Below, in pieces: positions 44,138 through 55,987 of a DNA stretch of 64,000 bases (within the stretch, counting starts at the first letter, position 1; every line of letters starts with the position of its first letter). The stretch is taken from contig CBDDFZ010000001.1 in the NCBI GenBank assembly GCA_965227515.1, forward strand, positions 2,400,001 through 2,464,000, given 5' to 3'. The notes below the pieces were generated by a model. The model ran no database searches. It was not told the origin of the DNA and saw nothing but the letters and a program-made list of their open reading frames with translations. The DNA comes from Alphaproteobacteria bacterium. Lineage in GTDB: Bacteria; Pseudomonadota; Alphaproteobacteria; CALKHQ01. The position numbers were made by a program, and so were the translations under genes.

Positions 44138-45586
44138 ATGCCCGAACTACAACTCGCCGACCTGGGGACCGCGCTGCCGGAATTGTTCCTGGCGGTGATG
44201 TCGATGGTGCTGCTGCTCTATGGCGCCTATCGCGGCAATCGCGGCACCGGCGAACTGATCGCCGCCACCTGCGTGGTCTTCGTCATCGCGCTGCTGCTGC
44301 TGGTGTTCGGCGACGAGGGCACCCAGGTCGCCTTCAATGGCCTGTTCGTGGTCGATGCCTTCGCGGTGTTCCTGAAGGTGTTGATCCTGATCGGCGCCGG
44401 ATTGGGGCTGATCATCTCCTACCGCTATCTGAAGGCGGAGGGGTTGCGGCGGTTCGAGTACCCGGTGCTGACCCTGCTGGCCGTGCTCGGCATGATGATG
44501 ATGGTCTCGGCCAACGACCTGATCTCGCTCTATGTCGGGTTGGAGGTGCAGAGCCTTGCGCTGTACGTGATGGCCGCGTTCCACCGAGACACCGTGCGCT
44601 CCACCGAGGCGGGGCTGAAGTACTTCGTGCTGGGCGCGCTGTCGTCCGGCATGCTGCTCTACGGCTGCTCGATGATCTACGGCTTTGCCGGCTCCACCGG
44701 CTTCGACACCATCGCCACGGTGCTGGGCGAGGGTGGCCAGAGCGACATGATCGGCATCATCGTCGGCATCGTGTTCCTGGCCGCGGGGCTGGCATTCAAG
44801 GTCTCCGCCGTGCCGTTCCATATGTGGACGCCGGACGTCTACGAGGGCGCGCCGACGCCGGTGACCGCGTTCTTCGCGGTGGCGCCGAAGATTGCCGCCA
44901 TCGGGCTCTTCCTGCGGGTGCTGGTGGAGCCGTTCGGCGATCTGGTGGCGCAATGGCAGCAGATCATCGTCGCCATCAGCATCATGTCGATGGTGCTGGG
45001 CGCGTTCGCGGCGCTGGCGCAGCGCAACATCAAGCGGCTGATGGCTTATTCGTCCATCGGCCATATCGGCTTCGCGTTGGTGGGGCTGGCCGCCGCGACG
45101 CCGGACGGTGTCGCCAGCGTGCTGATCTACATGGCGATCTACCTGGCCATGAACGTCGGCACCTTCGCGTGCATCCTGTGCATGCGGCGCAAGGGCCGCG
45201 CGGTGGAGGCGATCGACGACCTGGCAGGTCTCGCGCGGCACCAGCGCGGCATGGCACTGGCGCTGACGATCTTCATGTTCTCGATGGCCGGCATTCCGCC
45301 GCTGGCCGGCTTCCTGGGCAAGCTGTTCGTGTTCCGCGCCGCGATCGAGGCCGAGCTCTATACGCTGGCGGTCATCGGCGTGCTGGCGAGCGTGGTGAGC
45401 GCGTTCTACTATCTGCGCATCGTGAAGCTGATGTGGTTCGACGAGGCGGCCGAGCCGCTGGAGCAGCCCATCGGCGGGACCCTGGCGACGGTGATGTTGA
45501 TCACCGCCATCGTCACCGCGCTGTTCATCGTCTACCCCGCGCCTTTGATGGACGGGGCAGAGGTCGCCGCGCGATCGCTTTACTGA
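44138..45586 (+). CDS. nuoN: NADH-quinone oxidoreductase subunit N
   Basis: [25 protein letters not shown]. Confidence 0.97.
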   Translation: MPELQLADLGTALPELFLAVMSMVLLLYGAYRGNRGTGELIAATCVVFVIALLLLVFGDEGTQVAFNGLFVVDAFAVFLKVLILIGAGLGLIISYRYLKAEGLRRFEYPVLTLLAVLGMMMMVSANDLISLYVGLEVQSLALYVMAAFHRDTVRSTEAGLKYFVLGALSSGMLLYGCSMIYGFAGSTGFDTIATVLGEGGQSDMIGIIVGIVFLAAGLAFKVSAVPFHMWTPDVYEGAPTPVTAFFAVAPKIAAIGLFLRVLVEPFGDLVAQWQQIIVAISIMSMVLGAFAALAQRNIKRLMAYSSIGHIGFALVGLAAATPDGVASVLIYMAIYLAMNVGTFACILCMRRKGRAVEAIDDLAGLARHQRGMALALTIFMFSMAGIPPLAGFLGKLFVFRAAIEAELYTLAVIGVLASVVSAFYYLRIVKLMWFDEAAEPLEQPIGGTLATVMLITAIVTALFIVYPAPLMDGAEVAARSLY

Positions 45587-45616
45587 CCCGACACACCTGA
45601 ACCACACGGGCGGCGC

Positions 45617-46404
45617 ATGCTGCTGGCTATCGATATCGGTAACACCAACGTGGTGTTCGCCGTCTATGACGGGGACCGCCGTTGCGGCCAATGGCGGCTG
45701 GCGACCGACCCGCAGCGCACCGCCGACGAATATGCCAGCCTGCTCGACGTGCTGTTCCAGCGCGCCGACGTCGGCTTCGGCGACATCAGCGCGGTGATCG
45801 CGGCGAGCGTGGTGCCGCCGGTGACCCCGAACGTCGCGCGCATGTGCGCCAACTACCTGCAGGCGCCGTTTCGGCAGGTGGGCGACCCCGCGCTCGACCT
45901 CGGCATCGAGGTGCTGATCGACCAGCCGGAGACGGTGGGCGCCGACCGCCTGGTCAACGCAGTGGCCGGCCACAAGCTGTACGACGGCGCGCTGCTGCTG
46001 ATCGATTTCGGCACCGCCACCACGTTCGACATTGTCGACGCCGGGGGCAACTACCGTGGCGGCGTGTTCGCGCCCGGCATCAACCAGTCGACCGAGGCGC
46101 TCTACAAGGTCGCCGCCAAGCTACCTCGCATCGAGATCAAGCCGACCGCGCAGATCATCGGCCGGGCGACCGTGCCGGCGATGCAGTCGGGCGTGTTCTG
46201 GGGCTATGTGTCGATGATCGAGGGGCTGGTCCGCCGCATCGTCGACGAGTTCGCCCAGCCGATGACGGTGATCGCGACCGGCGGGCTTGCCGGCCTGTTC
46301 AACGAGCACTGCGCGGCTATCGACAAGGTCGACCCGGACATCACCATGGTCGGGCTGCAAGAGATTTTCCGGCGCAATCCGCGCGCCTTTGAGGCCGATA
46401 CCGC

Positions 46405-46408
<4 letters not shown>
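45617..46408 (+). CDS. coaX: Type III pantothenate kinase
   Basis: LLAIDIGNT, GADR, DFGTATTFD. Confidence 0.95.
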
Positions 46409-48084
<1,676 letters not shown>

Positions 48085-48138
48085 GCCCGCGCGAGGCGAT
48101 GGCGGCGACCGTCCTGGCAGGAACCTGAGAGCACTGAA

Positions 48139-48387
48139 ATGAACTGGCTGGGCGCGCTCGTCGTCTATTTTCTGATCTGGTGGCTGGTGCTGTTCACGGT
48201 GCTGCCGTGGGGCGTGAAAACCGGCGGCGGCGAGCAGGTGGAAGGGCAGGCATCGAGCGCGCCACGGCGGCCGATGATGTGGCGAAAATTGCTCGCCACC
48301 ACCCTGATCTCGGCGGTGTTGTTCGCGATTGTCTACTTTGTGATCGAAAGCGACCTGATAAGTTTCCGGCAACAGCCGAGCGGTTAG
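48139..48387 (+). CDS. DUF1467 family membrane protein
   Basis: YFLIWWLVLFTVLPWG...SAP...K...TT. Confidence 0.85.
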   Translation: MNWLGALVVYFLIWWLVLFTVLPWGVKTGGGEQVEGQASSAPRRPMMWRKLLATTLISAVLFAIVYFVIESDLISFRQQPSG

Positions 48388-48513
48388 ATCAGGATCAGCT
48401 TACGCTGAAGTCTGCGCCAGCCCTCACCCCCACCCGGCCGCCCAACGAAAGTATGCTGCTGGGTGGCCGGGTGGGGGTGAGGGCCGGTACCGACTTAAGT
48501 GATCACGCTCAAG
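48384..48513 (+). mobile_element. MITE copy 5
   Basis: TTAGATCAGGATCAG...TGATCACGCTCAAG; left end contains the DUF1467 stop. Confidence 0.85.
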
Positions 48514-48562
48514 CAGTCGTTACGACACAACGTTTCTTTTCAGGAAATCCTGGGCGCAGACA

Positions 48563-48594
48563 ATAAAAAAGCAAGGTACTGCTGCACCTTGCTT
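48563..48594 (-). terminator. Rho-independent terminator
   Basis: Minus strand AAGCAAGGTGC-AGCA-GTACCTTGCTT followed by a T-tract. Confidence 0.7.
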
Positions 48595-48695
48595 GGAGGT
48601 CGATTGTTTTTCTGCTTGCTTGATTTCACGGACGTCGCTGTTTCAGCGACAAGATCCTCCCCAACTCTCGGACCACTGCACCCGCATTTATTGTG
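48563..48695 (-). ncRNA. Candidate small RNA (~130 nt)
   Basis: Bounded by a near-consensus promoter and an intrinsic terminator; internal hairpin; no substantial ORF. Confidence 0.5.
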
Positions 48696-48701
48696 GATGA
48701 A

Positions 48702-48730
48702 TTTATAGCGTCAGTCTGACGCAGTGTCAC
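48702..48730 (-). promoter_or_regulatory. Sigma70-like promoter with a palindrome in its spacer
   Basis: GTGACA-N17-TATAAA; GCGTCAG-N-CTGACGC at 48708-48722. Confidence 0.6.
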
Positions 48731-49109
48731 CAACTTTTTTGGGATCGCCGATTTGGCATCCAGCGACGGCCCCGCACCGGTCCGCGCTGTCACGCCGCAC
48801 TTCCGCCATATTGGAAACGATGTTGGGGGCCGATTGGGGCACCGGGTATTCCGGCACTGGGTATCCGGCCTGCGGGCGAGTCCGTGCCCATCGGTTGCGC
48901 GGTGCACATGGGTCTTGCCAGATCGTCGATTGCACCTGGCTTCCGGTCCACCTATGGTCCGCTGCCATCGTGATCGCCGTTGCAATTGCCGGCGCGATTG
49001 CCGTGGCTATTGTCGGCGCGATTTTGGGGCAACGCCGTCCCGCCGCGTTGTCGCGCCAGCCGGCCCAAAAGGTGGGCTGGGCCGGCGCGGTCCAAAACAG
49101 AAGGACAGC

Positions 49110-50351
49110 ATGTTCAATACTTTTGAGCGTATGGTCGCCTTCAGGTATCTGCGCGCCAAGCGTCAGGAAGGCTTCATTTCCGTCATCACGTGGCTGTCGC
49201 TGGTCGGCATCGCGCTGGGCGTGGCCACCCTGATCATCGTGATGTCGGTCATGAACGGCTTCCGCGAGGAACTGGTCGGCAAGCTTCTGGGCCTGAACGG
49301 CCACATCTCGGTCATGTCGTCGTTCGGCCCGCTGGAGCAGTACGACGAGTTTGCCACCACGCTGAACGGCCTGGAGGGCGTCGCGATCGCGATGCCCTCG
49401 GTCGAGGGCAAGGCGATGGTGATGATCAACGATCAGGCCGATGGCGTGATCGTGCGCGGCATCCGGCCCGAGGATTTCGCCAACCGGCCGGTGCTGGGCG
49501 GCAGCATCCAGGCCGGCGCGTTCGAGGACTTCGGGCCGGAAAGCGTGGTGCTGGGCGACCGGCTGGCGCGCCGGCTGGGTGTCCAGGTCGGCGACACCAT
49601 CACCCTGGTCTCGCCGCACTTCAACCAGACGGCGTTCGGCCGGGCGCCGCGCCTGAAGGACTATACGGTCGCCGCCACCTTCAACGTCGGCATGTTCCTG
49701 TACGACGACAACTACGTCTACATGGATCTGGAGGACGCGCGCGTCTTCTTCCGCACCGGCGACGGCGTCACCTTGCTGGAGGTGCTGACCGACGACCCGG
49801 ACACTGTGGATGCGACGCGGCTGGAGATCATGCGTGTCCTGCCGCCGCTGACCCGGATCAACACGTGGAAATCGGTGCAGTCGGGCTTCGTCAGCGCACT
49901 GGAGGTTGAGCGCAACGTGATGTTCCTGATCCTGACGCTGATCATCCTGGTCGCCGCCTTCAACATCATTTCCGGCCTCATCATGCTGGTGAACGACAAG
50001 GGCCGCGGCATCGCCATCCTGCGAACGTTCGGGGCCAGCCGGGGCGCGGTGATGCGCATCTTCTTCCTGGCCGGGTCCAGCATCGGCATCGTCGGCACGC
50101 TGGTCGGGCTGGGGCTTGGGCTGGTGATCTGCGACAACATCGATGCGATCAAGAGCTGGCTGGAACGCCAGACCGGCGGCGAGCTGTTCAGTGCCGAGAT
50201 CTATTTCCTGTCGCAGCTCCCCGCGGTGGTGAACGTCGACCAGGTGCTGTCGGTGGTGCTGATGGCGCTGGGGCTCTCGTTCGTGTTCTCGCTCTACCCG
50301 GCATGGCGCGCGGCCCGGCTTGACCCGGTCGTGGCATTGCGGAACGAGTAG
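49110..50351 (+). CDS. lolE: Lipoprotein-releasing ABC transporter permease LolC/E
   Basis: AFRYLRAKRQEGF, LIIVMSVMNGF, YPAWRAARLDPV.ALR. Confidence 0.93.
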   Translation: MFNTFERMVAFRYLRAKRQEGFISVITWLSLVGIALGVATLIIVMSVMNGFREELVGKLLGLNGHISVMSSFGPLEQYDEFATTLNGLEGVAIAMPSVEGKAMVMINDQADGVIVRGIRPEDFANRPVLGGSIQAGAFEDFGPESVVLGDRLARRLGVQVGDTITLVSPHFNQTAFGRAPRLKDYTVAATFNVGMFLYDDNYVYMDLEDARVFFRTGDGVTLLEVLTDDPDTVDATRLEIMRVLPPLTRINTWKSVQSGFVSALEVERNVMFLILTLIILVAAFNIISGLIMLVNDKGRGIAILRTFGASRGAVMRIFFLAGSSIGIVGTLVGLGLGLVICDNIDAIKSWLERQTGGELFSAEIYFLSQLPAVVNVDQVLSVVLMALGLSFVFSLYPAWRAARLDPVVALRNE

Positions 50352-50357
50352 CCTGTT

Positions 50358-51089
50358 ATGAACGAAATCAGCCAAACCGCGCGTCCCGAGACGGGCGTCT
50401 CCACTGACGCCGGGGCGCCGCCGCTGCAGCTCGACGACGTGCGCCGCACCTTCAAGCAGGGCGAGAGCCGGCTGGAGGTATTGCAGGGCGTCGACCTGAC
50501 CCTCCACAAGGGCGAGATCGTCGCCCTGATCGGCCCGTCGGGGTCGGGCAAGTCGACATTGTTACAGATCGCCGGGCTGTTGGAGAAGCCGACATCGGGC
50601 GACGTGTTGGTCGCCGGCAAGTCATGCGGCAAGCTCTCCAGCCACCAGCGCACGCTGACCCGACGCCATGCGCTGGGCTTCGTCTACCAGTACCACCACC
50701 TGCTGCCGGAATTCACCGCGCAGGAGAATGTGGTGCTGCCACAGATGATCGCCGGTACCTCACGCGCCCAGGCGATGGCCCGCGCGGCGGATCTGTTGGG
50801 CCAGGTCGGCCTGGGCGAACGCCTGCGTCACCGCCCGGCGAAGCTTTCCGGCGGCGAGCAGCAGCGGGTGGCGATCGCGCGCGCCATCGCCGCGGAGCCG
50901 AAGATCCTGCTGGCGGACGAGCCGACCGGCAATCTGGACCCGCACACCGCCGACGACGTGTTCGGGCTGCTGATGAACCTGGCCCGCGAGACCGGGCTGG
51001 CGGCGCTGGTCGCGACCCACAATCCGGAACTGGCCGCGCGCATGGACCGGATCGTCAAGCTGGAAGGCGGCCGCCTGCACCCGGCCTAG
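50358..51089 (+). CDS. lolD: Lipoprotein-releasing ABC transporter ATPase
   Basis: [29 protein letters not shown]. Confidence 0.93.
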   Translation: MNEISQTARPETGVSTDAGAPPLQLDDVRRTFKQGESRLEVLQGVDLTLHKGEIVALIGPSGSGKSTLLQIAGLLEKPTSGDVLVAGKSCGKLSSHQRTLTRRHALGFVYQYHHLLPEFTAQENVVLPQMIAGTSRAQAMARAADLLGQVGLGERLRHRPAKLSGGEQQRVAIARAIAAEPKILLADEPTGNLDPHTADDVFGLLMNLARETGLAALVATHNPELAARMDRIVKLEGGRLHPA

Positions 51090-51100
51090 GCGGCTCTTCC

Positions 51101-52033
51101 CTACGCCCGCGCGCGCCGTTTGCGCGTCACCAGGGCCACGCCGGCCAGCACCACCACCATGCCGACGATCTGGTAGGTCTCCAGCGGTTCGTCCAGGAAC
51201 GCGACCGCGAGCGCGGTGGTGAACACCGGCAGCAGGTTCATGAAGATGCCGGCGCGGTTGGCGCCGATGGCTGCGTTGGCCGCGTTCCAGAACGCGTACG
51301 CCAGCACGGAGGCGACGCCGCCCATGTACGCGATCACGCCCGCCAGCTCCCAGGTGAGCGTGAAGTCGCCGACGTACGTACGCTCGATCAGGTAGCCGAT
51401 CAGCAACGGCACCACGCCGATTGCGGTGATGCATTGCAGGAAGGCGATGGGCGACAGCCCGGCCGGGCGCAGGCGCAGGAACGCGGTGTACGACGCATAG
51501 ATGATGACCGCTCCGACCATCCACAGGTCGCCCGGCACGAACTCCAGCGCCAGCAGGCGCTCCGGCGTGCCCTGCACGGCCAACCACAACACGCCCAGCA
51601 ATGACACCGCGACGCCAATGCCCTGGCGCATGGTCAGCTTGTCGCCGAACACGGCCCACGAGATCAGCACGATCACCAGCGGCATCGACACGTTGATGAC
51701 CGACACGTTGATCGCCGTCGTGGTGTGAAACGCGAAGTAGGTCATGGTGTTGAAGAACGGCACGCCCAGCATGCCCAGCAGCAGCACCGCCGGCCAATGC
51801 GCGCGGATCAGCGGCCAGTCGCGGCGTACGCGTGGAATGCCCAGCGGCAGCAGCACGGCGAACGCGATCAGCCAGCGCCAGAAGGCGAGGGCGAACGGCG
51901 CGATCTGGTCGTTGACGCCGCGCCCCATGGTCAGATTGCCGGACCAGAACAGCACCGTCAGCGTGGCCAGCACGAACGGCAGCACGGAGGAATGGGCCGG
52001 CCGGTCGGCCGTGGCATGCGTCGAATGTGTCAT
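51101..52033 (-). CDS. DMT/EamA family transporter
   Basis: About 10 TM segments; FWSGN, LAFWRW, FMNLLPVF. Confidence 0.9.
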   Translation of the reverse strand: MTHSTHATADRPAHSSVLPFVLATLTVLFWSGNLTMGRGVNDQIAPFALAFWRWLIAFAVLLPLGIPRVRRDWPLIRAHWPAVLLLGMLGVPFFNTMTYFAFHTTTAINVSVINVSMPLVIVLISWAVFGDKLTMRQGIGVAVSLLGVLWLAVQGTPERLLALEFVPGDLWMVGAVIIYASYTAFLRLRPAGLSPIAFLQCITAIGVVPLLIGYLIERTYVGDFTLTWELAGVIAYMGGVASVLAYAFWNAANAAIGANRAGIFMNLLPVFTTALAVAFLDEPLETYQIVGMVVVLAGVALVTRKRRARA

Positions 52034-52052
52034 GGGTCTGGGCGCGCGACCG

Positions 52053-52823
52053 CTACTCGGTCAGTTCGACCCACACCGGCGTGTGGTCCGACGCCTTCTG
52101 CTTGCCGCGCGGCTTGCGGTCGATCTCGCAGGCGTGCAGCCGGTCGGCGGCCTGGGGCGACAGCAGCAGGTGGTCGATGCGAAGGCCATCGTCCTTCTGC
52201 CAGCGCCCGGCCTGATAGTCCCAATAGCTGTACTGGTGGACCTGGGTGTGGGTCGCGCGCCACGCCTCGGTGTAGCCCAGGTTCAGGATCGCCCGGAACC
52301 GGGTGCGCGATTCCGGCCGGCACAGCGCATCGTCGGCGAAGCCTTCCGGGTCATAGACGTCATCGTCGGTGGGGCAGATGTTGTAGTCGCCGCCCAGCAC
52401 GATGGCCTGCTCGGTCTGCAACAGGCCGCGGGCATGCTCGCCCAGCCGCTCCATCCATTTCAGCTTGTAGGGGTATTTCGGCGTATCGGTCGGGTTGCCG
52501 TTGGGCAGGTAGATGCTGGCGACCCGCACACCCTTGATCGTCGCCTCCAGGTAGCGCGCCTGCTCGTCGTCGGGGTCGCCGGGCAGGCCCTCGCGCACGT
52601 CCTCGATCTCATGGCGCGACAGGATGGCAACGCCGTTGTAGCTCTTCTGGCCCAGGATCGCGGTCTTGTAGCCGGCACCCTCGATCGCCTCGTGGGGGAA
52701 TTTGTCGGCCTCGGTCTTGATCTCTTGCAGCAGGGCGACGTCGGGCTTGGCCTCGTCCAGCCATGCCACGATGTTGTCGAGCCGGGCCTTGATCGAATTG
52801 ACGTTGAAGGTCGCGATTTTCAT
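52053..52823 (-). CDS. xth: Exodeoxyribonuclease III
   Basis: ATFNVNS, LQEIK, YLPNG, GDYN, RIDH, SDH. Confidence 0.97.
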   Translation of the reverse strand: MKIATFNVNSIKARLDNIVAWLDEAKPDVALLQEIKTEADKFPHEAIEGAGYKTAILGQKSYNGVAILSRHEIEDVREGLPGDPDDEQARYLEATIKGVRVASIYLPNGNPTDTPKYPYKLKWMERLGEHARGLLQTEQAIVLGGDYNICPTDDDVYDPEGFADDALCRPESRTRFRAILNLGYTEAWRATHTQVHQYSYWDYQAGRWQKDDGLRIDHLLLSPQAADRLHACEIDRKPRGKQKASDHTPVWVELTE

Positions 52824-52875
52824 CGCTCGGTTCTACACCGGCCATGACGGCAGGGATAGGGCCAGAGCCCACTGT

Positions 52876-54075
52876 TCAATATGCCTGCGACAGCCGGTCC
52901 TTCACGCACTGCTGGAGGGGCAGGCGTTGCAGCGCGTTACGGTCGGCCTGGTCGCGCCCCAGATGGTCCACCGCCGCGCTGTCCAGCGTCATCAGTGCGC
53001 GCGGCGTGGCGAGCCAAATGTACCGTGGCACGATCGTTTGCAGTGGGCCGGGCGTCCAGCGGGCCAGCCCGTCGCGGCCGCCGACCAGCCCATATACCTC
53101 ACGAGCGCAGGCGGTGGTGTCGGCGTTCCAGCAGGCGGCGTCGCACCAGCTGCGGACCAGGACGGCATCGGGCGTTTCAGCCAGCCAGGCGTCCAGGAAC
53201 GCCACGGCGTCCGCGGGCATCGGGTCGGAATCGGCACTGAAGCCGGGCCCGTCGACCACATGGCGCGCCATGGCCAGCACCTCGTCCGGCAGGCTGGCCA
53301 GTGGTGGTGCGACGTGAATCGGCGGCGGCACGGTCCAGCTCGAGATGTGGATCAGCCAATAGCCGTCCATGGTGCCGTCGGCGATGGCCTGCAAGGCCTC
53401 GGCCTTCAGCGCCTCGGCCTCTCCCGCCGGCAACTCCACCGCGGCTGCCCAGAGGTAGGGCGTTGAACGGGCGTCGCGGGCAACGGCTTCCAGCTTCAGG
53501 ACATCGTGCCAGCGCGACACCGACAGCAGGCTGATCAGGTAGTCGACCGCCAGTTCGCTCTCGCCCAATGCCGCCAGTTCCAGGCCGTGCTCGAACTGCA
53601 GGAAACCGCGATCGTCGGGCAGCCACGCGCCAAGCAGGAACGCCATGCGGTCGCCCGCGCTTGCTGCGACCTGCAACCACGGCGTGCCGTACGCCGTATC
53701 CATGCGGCGGAAGATGCGGTCGCGCTGGTCGGCGGACAGGGCGGCGACCCATGGCGAGGTCGCCATGCCGCGCTCGTGGATGGCACCGAGGAAGATCTGA
53801 GCGGCCCGGTTGTCCGCGTTGGCCAGGTCGGCGAGGGTCGGCAACGACAGTGTGTCGTCGCCTTCCAACCATCGGAAGACCGCGTCCAGGAACACCGGGT
53901 CGTCACCGCCTGGATAGGGTGGCGGTGGCCGGTCGAAGAATCGGGCCTGCCACACCTCGAGGTCGGCGGCGCGGGCTGGGCCAGCAGGCGATATCAGGGT
54001 GAGCGATACCAGAATGGCGGCGCAGGCAAGAAGCGCCAATGCGGGCTTGCGCAACCAACGCGTTCCAGGACGCAT
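52876..54075 (-). CDS. Secreted hypothetical protein, paralog A
   Basis: Signal peptide; WLEGDD..LP.LA..AN..N..AQ..LG, GTPWL, WC..AC; start may be 54108. Confidence 0.8.
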   Translation of the reverse strand: MRPGTRWLRKPALALLACAAILVSLTLISPAGPARAADLEVWQARFFDRPPPPYPGGDDPVFLDAVFRWLEGDDTLSLPTLADLANADNRAAQIFLGAIHERGMATSPWVAALSADQRDRIFRRMDTAYGTPWLQVAASAGDRMAFLLGAWLPDDRGFLQFEHGLELAALGESELAVDYLISLLSVSRWHDVLKLEAVARDARSTPYLWAAAVELPAGEAEALKAEALQAIADGTMDGYWLIHISSWTVPPPIHVAPPLASLPDEVLAMARHVVDGPGFSADSDPMPADAVAFLDAWLAETPDAVLVRSWCDAACWNADTTACAREVYGLVGGRDGLARWTPGPLQTIVPRYIWLATPRALMTLDSAAVDHLGRDQADRNALQRLPLQQCVKDRLSQAY

Positions 54076-54101
54076 CCCTACACGGGGCGTGTCGCCAATG
54101 G

Positions 54102-54302
54102 CTAGCACCAGCCCTTCATGTGATGGCCGGGCGGGCAGTGGCCGTTGCGGCCGCCGTGGTTGTCCTCGCCGATGGTCAGGGTCACGTCGTCGGTTTCGGC
54201 GGTCACTCTCGGTACGCCGTCAACCCGCGCCTGGCACGCGCCTAGCAACAACACGATGCCACTCGCCGCAATCGCGGTTCTCAACAGGTGGGCTCTCAAC
54301 AT
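54102..54302 (-). CDS. Small lipoprotein with C-terminal CPPGHHMKGWC
   Basis: Lipobox LGAC; 66 aa; GAGG RBS. Confidence 0.75.
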   Translation of the reverse strand: MLRAHLLRTAIAASGIVLLLGACQARVDGVPRVTAETDDVTLTIGEDNHGGRNGHCPPGHHMKGWC

Positions 54303-54388
54303 TGGGGGGTAACCTCGCTCTGCACATCGTCCTCCGACATGGAGGCTACCGCTTGAATTAAGGCAGCAATGTGTCGGGGTCGGGCGAC

Positions 54389-54516
54389 CTAGACCGGGAT
54401 CAGCTTACGCTGAAGCGGCGCCAGCCCTCTCCCCCACCCGGCCACCCAGCAGGATACTCACGTGGGTGGCCGGGTGGGGGAGAGGGCCGGTGCCGACTTG
54501 AATGATCAGGTTCTAG
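54389..54516 (+). mobile_element. MITE copy 6
   Basis: CTAGACCGGGATCAG...TGATCAGGTTCTAG; right end contains the stop of paralog B. Confidence 0.85.
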
Positions 54517-55676
54517 AGAGCTTGTAACACTCGGTCGACAACGCAGGCCTCCAGCGTCATCGCGCGCAGCGCGGCCTCGGGGTTCTCGCGGTCCTGTCCA
54601 ATGGCCAGGCCAGCAGCGCGAGCGGACACCACAATCTGCGCCCGTGGCGTCTGCACCCAGATCTCCTGGGGGATGATCGTCTCCATCGGTGTATCGACCA
54701 TATAGGGCAACGATGCGCGACCGAATGCCAATCCATAGAGGTTGCGGGCGCAGGCGGCCTGGGTGTCCGGACAGGCTTCCTCGCACCAGGCTCGCGGCAG
54801 GGCTGCCACGTCGTCGGTGGCAAGCCAATTGTCCAGGAAGGCTATCGCCTCGGCCGACATGGGCGCGTCCGCGCCCATCACGCCCGGTCCCGTGGTCACG
54901 GCGCGGGCGAAGTCGCCTTTCAGCTCGAAGAGAGGCTCGATTTGAGGATGCTCGAAGTTCGCCCAGCGCAGGAAGAGATAGCCGTCCATGGTGTCGTCGG
55001 CCAGCGCCCGCAGGCCTTCAAGCAGCAACTCTTCGGCGTTGTCTGCGTCCGGGGCGTGGGTCGCGGCGGCCCACACCAACGGCATCTGACCGGCGGCGCG
55101 GGCCGGCTCGACCAGGCGGGTCACCTCCGCCCAGTCGCCCTGGTTGAACATGATGCTGATCCACATTTTGGCTGCCCGTGGCTCGCCGAGCGCCATCAGC
55201 TCAAGCGCCGGCTCCTCCGAGAACCTGCCATCCTCGTTCGGCGTGGCGTTGTTCAGCAGAGGTGCCAGCGGTTCGCCGTTATCCCCGGCATAACGCAGCC
55301 ATGGGGTGCCGAAACGCGAGTCCGGCTGGCGGAAGATGGCGTTGTATGCGTCGCGGTCCAATGACCTGACCCACGGAGTCTGGGCGATCCCGCGTGCCTC
55401 GATGGTGCCGAGGAGGAGCTGGGCCCCGACATTGCCGCCGTTGGCGATGCTGGCGAGTGCGGGCAGGGCGTTCTCGTCGTCGCCTTCCAGCCACATCAGC
55501 ACGACCTCGCGGAAGGCGGGGTCCTCACCGCCGGCATAGGGCGGTGCGGGCAGTGCCGCAAAGTCGTCCGCCCAGTCCTTGCCGTCGAAAAAGCCGGCGG
55601 TCGAGACTGCTACAGGCGTGACAACGCCGGCCGCCACGACCGTCGCGAACCCGAACGCACAGAACATCTTGCGCAT
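54513..55676 (-). CDS. Secreted hypothetical protein, paralog B
   Basis: Signal peptide; aligns by eye with 52876-54075 along its whole length. Confidence 0.8.
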   Translation of the reverse strand: MRKMFCAFGFATVVAAGVVTPVAVSTAGFFDGKDWADDFAALPAPPYAGGEDPAFREVVLMWLEGDDENALPALASIANGGNVGAQLLLGTIEARGIAQTPWVRSLDRDAYNAIFRQPDSRFGTPWLRYAGDNGEPLAPLLNNATPNEDGRFSEEPALELMALGEPRAAKMWISIMFNQGDWAEVTRLVEPARAAGQMPLVWAAATHAPDADNAEELLLEGLRALADDTMDGYLFLRWANFEHPQIEPLFELKGDFARAVTTGPGVMGADAPMSAEAIAFLDNWLATDDVAALPRAWCEEACPDTQAACARNLYGLAFGRASLPYMVDTPMETIIPQEIWVQTPRAQIVVSARAAGLAIGQDRENPEAALRAMTLEACVVDRVLQAL

Positions 55677-55819
55677 GCCATCCCCCCAAGCAGATTGCCG
55701 CCAATCATGCTGGGGCGTGGCGGGTGGCGCAAGGTTGGCAGGTGTGGGGAGGGGGGACCGAGGCAGGCCATCCTGGCCCGCCCGAGATCGTTGCGGCAAG
55801 TGCCGCCAAGCCAATGAGC

Positions 55820-55987
55820 CTAGGAGCAATGGCCCGCCAGCGGATTGCACAGGCAGCCCGTCAGCGTGGCCGCCGTCAGGACGGTGACCAGAACCACCAG
55901 GGTCGCAGCCCCGATCCTGTTCCGTGCCAGGAATCCGCTCTTGGTCGTCTCGTCAGTCTCATTGGTCGTCAGTTCGTCGTTGGTCAT
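55820..55987 (-). CDS. 55-aa lipopeptide precursor-like protein
   Basis: GGAGG RBS; MTNDELTTNETDETTKSGFLARNRIGAATLVVLVTVLTAATLTG-CLCNPLAGHCS. Confidence 0.65.
   Translation of the reverse strand: MTNDELTTNETDETTKSGFLARNRIGAATLVVLVTVLTAATLTGCLCNPLAGHCS

Noticed and set aside
48724-49109. ORFs 48724-49233 and the N-terminal extension of lolE, with short imperfect repeats (GGCACCGGGTAT/GGCACTGGGTAT)
   Set aside because: No RBS or recognisable homology; lolE has a good AAGGA RBS at 49110; repeats too short to interpret
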